A stretch of 14,815 nucleotides of DNA from Rotaria sordida (Eukaryota), in NCBI GenBank assembly GCA_905250875.1, contig CAJNOO010000198.1, positions 41,099 to 55,913 on the forward strand, written 5' to 3'. Below the pieces are notes generated by a model. That model did no database searches, was not told where the DNA came from, and worked only from the letters and a program-made list of their open reading frames with translations. The translations under genes were made by a program, and so were the position numbers. Positions within the stretch are counted from its first letter, which is position 1; each line of letters begins with the position of its first letter. Positions 9,455-14,815 of this stretch are shown here, piece after piece.

Positions 9455-9474
9455 ACACACCCACACAACCACAT
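9455..9474 (-). repeat. Isolated C-strand telomere-like fragment.
   Basis: The plus strand reads ACACACCCACACAACCACAT. It lies about 125 nt right of copy E and about 125 nt from the NCS stop codon, so it probably falls in that gene's 3' UTR. Confidence 0.5.
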
Positions 9475-9599
9475 GCAAGGAAACAAAGATTTATATTTGT
9501 TATAGAAATGAGCTTGCTAGTGACAATCTGGTTTAACTTTTCAAATAGTCATGAAAATTTTTGTGAAGACACACTTGCCACTGGAAATTTTCTATTTGT

Positions 9600-10737
9600 T
9601 TAATTTGTTGACGATGGTTGAACTTTTCGCGATAGTCGGGATCGTGAAGCATCCGTTGAATGTGAGGTCTGCGATTTATGCGAAGCATTTCTCGAATTTT
9701 GGTTCTGTTTTTCGTTTGGAGCATCGCTCGAATCTGAGCCGCTGTTCGTTTTTGGATTCTTGTCATGATCCATTTTATTCGGAGCAAGCAATTTTTGAAT
9801 AGTAGGATTCTTAGAACATCTAATAAGCAATTAAAGTACAAGTAAAATGCAAAATGAATATATATTTCAAAAGAGAGAATTGAATTAAACGATACCCATC
9901 AATAACTGTTTCTTTCTCGAACTCCTTAGTTTTATCTTTGTTCTCAAGTTTTGATATTATCTGTTTTGCGACGTCCTCTGGTTCGTCTTGATCGTCAGAA
10001 TCAATTGTATCCACAAAATCATACTGAAGTAATAGAAAGAAGGTTACTTTATCTAAAGACTTTCATTAGAAGTATACCATAGCTTTAATCATTGTTGCCA
10101 ATTCTGCTTGATCCAATTTATCATTGTTGGATGTATCATACCTTTGAAGCAAAAAGATCGTATGTGGAACCAAAGTTTATAGTCAATTTACGTGTGGAAC
10201 AGGATACCAAGATGATCTTTTAATTCTAATTGACTTCGAGGTGAAACAGCTACAAGAAATTCTTCGAAATCGATTGAACCATCCGTGTCTCTGTCGTACG
10301 TTTTAAAAATGACACTAGAAGTTATTCGATACTTTCACAATTCAATAACATCATTCGATCAGATTATACTCGCAAAACAGTTCTGTATTTCGTCGACGAA
10401 AATATTTTCTGAAAATACGCTCAAATTTTTCCTTGTTTAGTTTCCCGTCGGGACAGTCATGATGGAACCCCTATCATTGAGAAACACATATGAAACCCTG
10501 GAAACCATTCATTCAACTAACCTGATACCATTCTTGTATTTCTATAAATCAAGACTAACAAATAGATATGAACGGTAACAAAAAGAGAAATTACCTTCTT
10601 CTGAAAGTTTCGTTATTTTTTGGTACCGCTGAACCACTAAAAAAATAAGAAATGATGTAAAAATTTTTTTCAAAAGTTAATTTGAGTTAGTCACATTGTC
10701 GACTTAACTTATTTGGTGTAGACTCTGTATTACCCAT
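9600..10737 (-). CDS. Neuronal calcium sensor (NCS; recoverin/frequenin/hippocalcin) family EF-hand protein, 8 exons, about 246 aa. It has a long Ser/Asn/Gln-rich C-terminal extension.
   Basis: Minus-strand exons are 10737-10695, 10636-10595, 10541-10522, 10470-10370, 10314-10192, 10141-10078, 10023-9896 and 9819-9600. Introns are 50-76 nt GT..AG with consistent phases. The product is MGNTESTPNKLSRQLVQRYQKITKLSEEEIQEWYQGFHHDCPDGKLNKEKFERIFRKYFRRRNTELFCDVIFKTYDRDTDGSIDFEEFLVAVSPRSQLELKDHLGILFHTYDTSNNDKLDQAELATMIKAMYDFVDTIDSDDQDEPEDVAKQIISKLENKDKTKEFEKETVIDGCSKNPTIQKLLAPN... The N-terminal MGNxxS is a myristoylation motif. The ELQEWYKGFxKDCPxG-type signature is present. EF2 (DRDTDGSIDFEE) and EF3 (DTSNNDKLDQAE) look canonical, and EF4 (ENKDKTKEFEKE) is degenerate. 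Confidence 0.85.
9626..9733 (-). repeat. Three degenerate tandem 36-nt (12-codon) repeats inside the last NCS exon.
   Basis: Minus-strand units start at 9733, 9697 and 9661. They read ATTCGAGCGATGCTCC..., ATTCGAGAAATGCTTCG... and ATTCAACGGATGCTTCACG.... The first ~17 nt of each unit are well conserved and the rest is diverged (22 of 36 identical between units 1 and 2 by hand count). Confidence 0.55.
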
Positions 10738-10841
10738 ATGAAATGATTTAGTAATTTCAATGAATAAGGAATAATAAAGATTCAAGCGATCTAAAAGAAA
10801 ATATTTTTCGTTATTAGATTATAAATGTTGAGTCGAATTAT

Positions 10842-11075
10842 ATCACATATCTCAAATTTCGATGAAGTGCTCACTTCTTCACAAGCAGATACTGCAACTC
10901 TATAGGAAAATGCCATATGTACAGTTTGGCAATGCGTTGATTCATCATTGATGATTTATCATATCCCGTTTAAATACTATATATGCTTCCGTGAGAGATG
11001 TCACTTCTGTGACTCAAAATGCAACAATCTTTTAGAAGAGATGTGAGCACCCATCCAAATTTCGGAATATGTGGT
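10842..11075. repeat. Imperfect palindrome (inverted repeat) of about 234 bp, immediately upstream of the NCS start codon.
   Basis: The reverse complement of 10842-10874 is GTGAGCACTTCATCGAAATTTGAGATATGTGAT, and 11043-11075 is GTGAGCACCCATCCAAATTTCGGAATATGTGGT. About 27 of 34 aligned columns match, with two 1-nt gaps. Weaker similarity continues inward (GTGCTCACTTCTTCACAAG versus the reverse complement GTGCTCACATCTCTTCTAAAAG). Confidence 0.55.
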
Positions 11076-11443
11076 ATTTTCTATGTGTGCTAAATTTAGC
11101 TAGGTATAAAAACGGAATTATAAGAGTGCATCGATGCTATTCGAACACATTCTACGAGGGCTTGTCAATTGGTGTTTTTAAGTCACGCGAACTTCTCTCT
11201 TTGCTGGAACAATTCAATAATGAATATAATGAACGAAAACAGTAAGTTATCGCTCTTTCACAAGTGTGAAAGACGTCGAAGATGATACTTTCAAAAGAAA
11301 CATAAAAAAGTGATAAACATACTGGAGTTCTCACACACAAACATACATCACAAACTGTCTAAAATCTACTTGCAGTCGATGTTTTGATTCACATTTCGTT
11401 GCATAGTCTTGTTATCTCAGAGTGCTTACTTGGAATCATCGAT

Positions 11444-12773
11444 CTAGATTTTCAATCGGTTTTTTGGCTCAGTCATTGCTGTAGTTTTAGTGTCATTAGA
11501 AAGTCCGTTCAAAAGTAATTTTACTACTGTCCATCCACCTGCTATATTAGCACTTGATTCACTCTCCTGTACTATTATCCATACCATTGATACCACACAA
11601 AGTATGGCGAAAGTGATGAGAACAATAAACGTTAATGAGGTTACGCTTAATTTATAATAGTATAGAAGAGACACACCTGGAATAATCAGAAACGGCACTG
11701 CAATGTAAATTGCAGTTACTATTATAACAGCCGAAGGATGCTTAAAAAGCGTTAAGTTACAAGCACTGCAATGCCAGCATAAATGACAACAACAGCATTT
11801 GGTTGGAGCTGTATGTTTATTAATACCGAATGTCTTAGCCGCTATCCGATGTATGCCAGTGGCTACGCCCAAACGCTTGTTAAAAGCAAACAGATATATT
11901 TGTATTATGGCTCGAGCGATATTACCGAAAGCAACCAATAATCCTGTTGTAACACCTACTTGCGTCGTAACATCCGATGTTGTTATATCACGCGCAAGCC
12001 AACGAAAGCATGATGCAGAATCAACATCAAATGGAAAGGCGGCAGTCTTTCCCCGTGTCACATGCAAAATATGTACGATTGTCACCACAGAAACATTCCG
12101 TTGGGCCAATGGCTGGACATGGACCATCTCGATAAATACTTACTGTGGCTAAGAAAAGAGCGTTGAAAGCAGCTATGAGAGCACCGGAAATGATAATCGT
12201 TGTTAAGATTATTACGAAAACTAGAGTCCCTCTTTTTCGTATAGAAAGATATCTCCCATGAACATTCAGTATTGCTCGTTCGTACTCAGGATGCGATGGA
12301 GAGTCTAAGGGTATTTTGATCTTCGTTTCTGCCGATTGCTTGCTCGAGTCATCATTATTATTTTCCGAAGAATGTGCTTGACGTTCGTTTGCGTTAGAAG
12401 CACCATCTGATTTTGAGTCTGCAGCGTTCGGATTTCTGTTAGGCTTTTTGTTAAAAGGTTCTACGATTGAGGAATCTGTTTGAAGAATTTTTTCCCCATC
12501 AACCTTTTTCATCAGAGCCATGGCTTGTGGAAAATTTTTGGAGATGTAGGTCTCAAGGACATCGCTAGAAAAATTAATGGCATCATCCTTGCGAATGATG
12601 TTATGGTGCACGTCAATGAAGCAGCGCTCTATATGCAGAAGATTAGCAACAAGACCGTAAAATATTTTGTCGTTTTCCAACAGCAAAATTAACAAGACAA
12701 CAAGTGTTAAAAGCACAATGCCAACACTAATGGAAACACTGCACGCAACCCAAGTCCAATAATTCCAAGTCAT
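11444..12773 (-). CDS. Multi-pass membrane protein with about 5 hydrophobic helices and a juxtamembrane Cys cluster. The family is not recognised. The model has two large exons joined by a doubtful 31-nt intron.
   Basis: ORF 12773-12027 and ORF 12127-11444 overlap in frames offset by +1. A GTAAGT donor after 12144 and a CAG acceptor before 12112 join them as exon 1 (12773-12144) and exon 2 (12112-11444). The hydrophobic segments are WVACSVSISVGIVLLTLVVLLILLL, TLVFVIILTTIIISGALIAAFNALFLA, VGVTTGLLVAFGNIARAIIQIYLFAF, SAVIIVTAIYIAVPFLIIPGV and LTFIVLITFAILCVVSMVWIIV. A KCCCCHLCWHCSAC cluster is also present. A hydrophilic Asn/Ser/Asp-rich loop of about 150 residues lies between helices 1 and 2. 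I recognise no homolog by eye. Confidence 0.6.
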
Positions 12774-14700
12774 TTTAATAACAGAAATAGTAATCTAGAA
12801 AGAAGATTGACAAATAGCACCTCTAAACTGTATCGAATGAATAAGTTATTAACGAGTATGGTTGCATGTGAAAAACACTGTTGTACACTAATGTGTTTCT
12901 TTCGCAAAATTCAAGCTGCAGCATTTAGACAGCAGAGATGATTGTCGAGCAGAGCATGTCTGTGAGCAGTACAAATCTACAGTTTCGGATCGGTTCGAAA
13001 AATTATTACGCAGAACAGTAGGACCGTTTAGTTATGAAAGTATGCATGAAGTTTGAACTTTTTTGCTATGGTTCTGCTACTGTCCAAGAAAAATACTATT
13101 ATCCAATGATTCTTATTAAAACACTTAATGAAATCAGCAGGCACCTGAAAAGAAAACGATTTTACGCTTTTAAAACCATTTCTGAATAATTTGTTCCACG
13201 GTTCTAGTTCCAGTATCGGTTTTAGAAATTTTTTGAAACGCGGTTTCGGGTCGCTTTTTGATGGCAGATTCTGTGGAACCGAAGATCTTTAATGAATGGC
13301 AGTACACATCAAAGTGATTTAAGATAGAAGTGCATCTTGCTTTCAATGGCGAAAAGGAAATATTTATGAAATGCATTTTAATCATCAGCTAGTTTTAATT
13401 TAATAACATTGAAATAATTCTTGAATGGAGGCACCGACACTTGTATTCGTAGCTTCTGTGATACTTAGGAGAGTTCGGGAGCATAACTATTTTTGATAGT
13501 AAGCTATTAAAAAAATAGGCACAATACGAAACTCTATCGGTTACGGAGTTCGCTGCCCAATAATTTTAAGCATGGGAGAATAAGAATGGTTTATTACCTT
13601 TACTATAGATTTTTTTAGGCTCAGTAGAATTTCCATAGTTTCGCCTCTTTTGTATCAAACTATTATTGAGTTTTGCAAATTCATTTTTAGTTTTTCATAT
13701 CAAAAACTGAACTTCACATCGTTCTGAACATCGTGCATCGAAGCACTGATAGATTGGTAGGTATTCCTAAGGCTTCATAGTATGTTAACAAAACTATTGA
13801 TAGTTTCTTGGTCAAGCTACAGGCTTCGTACTCTTCCTACACAACCACGGATAGATCCGTGAAGCATATGATGGTTTGGTAAACTTTATTCAAAAACTTT
13901 TGTCTATTCTTTGCTCTTTTATAAGTTCTTTACATTAGAGAAGGAATCATTCACGGTTTTGTAAACTAAGCAAAGATCGAGCAACTCTTTTCCAGTACCA
14001 TTAGTGGTTTCACTGCCTGCTTTGTCGTTAAGTATACCCTGCACGCAACCCTCAACAATTTCGTAGACAAAACAAATGTGTTCTGATTGTTCTGCAAAGC
14101 CACTTGGTAATGGCATGTGTCTTCTAGGAAGGCGTATTTTACACGCAATCCTACTTCGTCCCAAAGTCTAAAGAGACGTTATACTGCCTATTTTATACCA
14201 AACTATTTCATATTGATTCGGTCTTCATTGTAGTAGCATAAATTTCATTAGAAGTCCATAAAGTAATACGTGCAATAAGTGGAAGACTTTCATGATTCGC
14301 AAAAAACCAAAGAATAGTAGTCTTATTACCTAGAAATTTTCCTTAGTACCGAGAACAGCGATGGATAACTTTCTCGGCTATGCCCGTCTTTTATCTAAAA
14401 TTTTCAAATAGAGGCAGCTTTTGCTTTTGACATTTTCATATTAGTAAAATGCTCTGACAAGAATGTACTATTGCGCGGTAGATATCTATTAATCAGAACT
14501 GTGAACCAGTGCGCTGGTTAGAGGTAGATTCCATGCACTTCGGAACTACTTCAAATCTCATCTTGAGTTCTCTCTCGTTCTCAGGATAAAGCATGGACAA
14601 CTATAAGCTGCTTCCAGCTAAATACAAGGTACTATACGGTATCTACAAGTAAACCTTAACTACCTCTTCGGACCTACGTGTAACCAAGAGAAACCCTTGC

Positions 14701-14774
14701 GGGTGTGGGTGTGGGTGTGGGTGTGGGTGTGGGTGTGGGTGTGGGTGTGGGTGTGGGTGTGGGTGTGGGTGTGG
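14701..14774 (+). repeat. Perfect tandem hexamer (GGGTGT = TGTGGG register) of about 12.3 units. It is a telomeric-type G-strand repeat.
   Basis: Direct reading shows gggtgt repeated without error from 14701 to 14774. The left flank is unique sequence ending ...aaacccttgc. TGTGGG is the telomeric repeat I recall for bdelloid rotifers. Confidence 0.9.
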
Positions 14775-14815
14775 CTGTGGGGGCGGGTGAGGGGGAGGGC
14801 CCGCGAGAGGGGGAG
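14775..14815 (+). other. GC-rich G-run sequence directly after the hexamer tract. It runs to the window edge.
   Basis: The sequence is ctgtgggggcgggtgagggggagggcccgcgagagggggag. It has runs of 3-5 G and almost no A/T, in sharp contrast to the AT-rich window. Its identity is unknown. Confidence 0.5.

Noticed and set aside
9455-9474. C-rich ACACACCCACACAACCAC as a possible telomerase-RNA template.
   Set aside because: Only the short template-like string is present. I have no supporting secondary-structure elements, promoter or conservation to judge, and it probably lies in the NCS 3' UTR.
11799-12692. Plus-strand ORFs 11799-12152 and 12480-12692.
   Set aside because: They are antisense to the membrane-protein exons. 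Hydrophobic-helix periodicity and ORF length favour the minus strand.
12992-13000. GGTTCGAAA as a tRNA T-loop.
   Set aside because: There is no complementary T-stem, acceptor stem or anticodon arm around it. No other tRNA-like cloverleaf was found in the window.
13382-13388. CUGAUGA (minus strand) as a hammerhead ribozyme core, expected in Penelope-like element termini.
   Set aside because: No adjacent helix II, no GAAA box and no cleavage-site helix could be drawn. No CUGAUGAG occurs in or near any of the telomere-like modules.
14504-14519. Perfect 6-bp hairpin AACCAG-TGCG-CTGGTT.
   Set aside because: It is too short to distinguish from chance and the flanks do not extend the stem.
1-14815. 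Prokaryotic-style defence island, operon, CRISPR array or integrated mobile genetic element.
   Set aside because: The genes are interrupted by spliceosomal GT-AG introns and encode eukaryotic housekeeping proteins (YKT6, stalk P1, NCS). There are no direct-repeat/spacer arrays and no integrase, transposase or reverse-transcriptase ORFs.

Overview
This is AT-rich eukaryotic nuclear DNA, not a prokaryotic locus. I found no operons, CRISPR arrays, rRNA or tRNA genes. I can support five protein-coding genes. (1) The 3' part of an ADP-ribosyltransferase + TPR-repeat gene (2-1269, +) has no introns and its frame is broken twice. (2) A YKT6 longin-SNARE (4403-5422, +) has 8 exons. (3) A divergent ribosomal stalk protein P1-like gene (8484-8911, +) has 2 exons. 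(4) A myristoylated neuronal-calcium-sensor-family EF-hand gene (10737-9600, -) has 8 exons. (5) A multi-pass membrane protein of unrecognised family lies at 12773-11444 (-). The 15 well-supported introns are 46-76 nt with GT-AG ends. That intron style, the ART+TPR architecture and the hexamer TGTGGG (which I recall as the bdelloid telomeric repeat) suggest a bdelloid-rotifer-like genome; this is inference, not a search result. The main unexplained structure is non-genic. The window ends in a perfect (GGGTGT)x12 tract followed by a GC-rich G-run sequence. The intergenic DNA also holds several copies of a short module: a telomere-like G-strand arm, a short AT-rich spacer and a C-strand arm, plus a conserved flank. 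Three copies are clear (1631-1712, 2886-2950 inverted, 9179-9367) and there are degenerate relatives at 6979-7722. Secondary oddities are three +1 frame disruptions, a stalk protein with a non-canonical tail, and an NCS last exon built of 36-nt repeats that is open in three frames. I see no evidence for a defence-type or otherwise novel multi-gene system. All homology statements come from my own reading of the translations, not from database searches.
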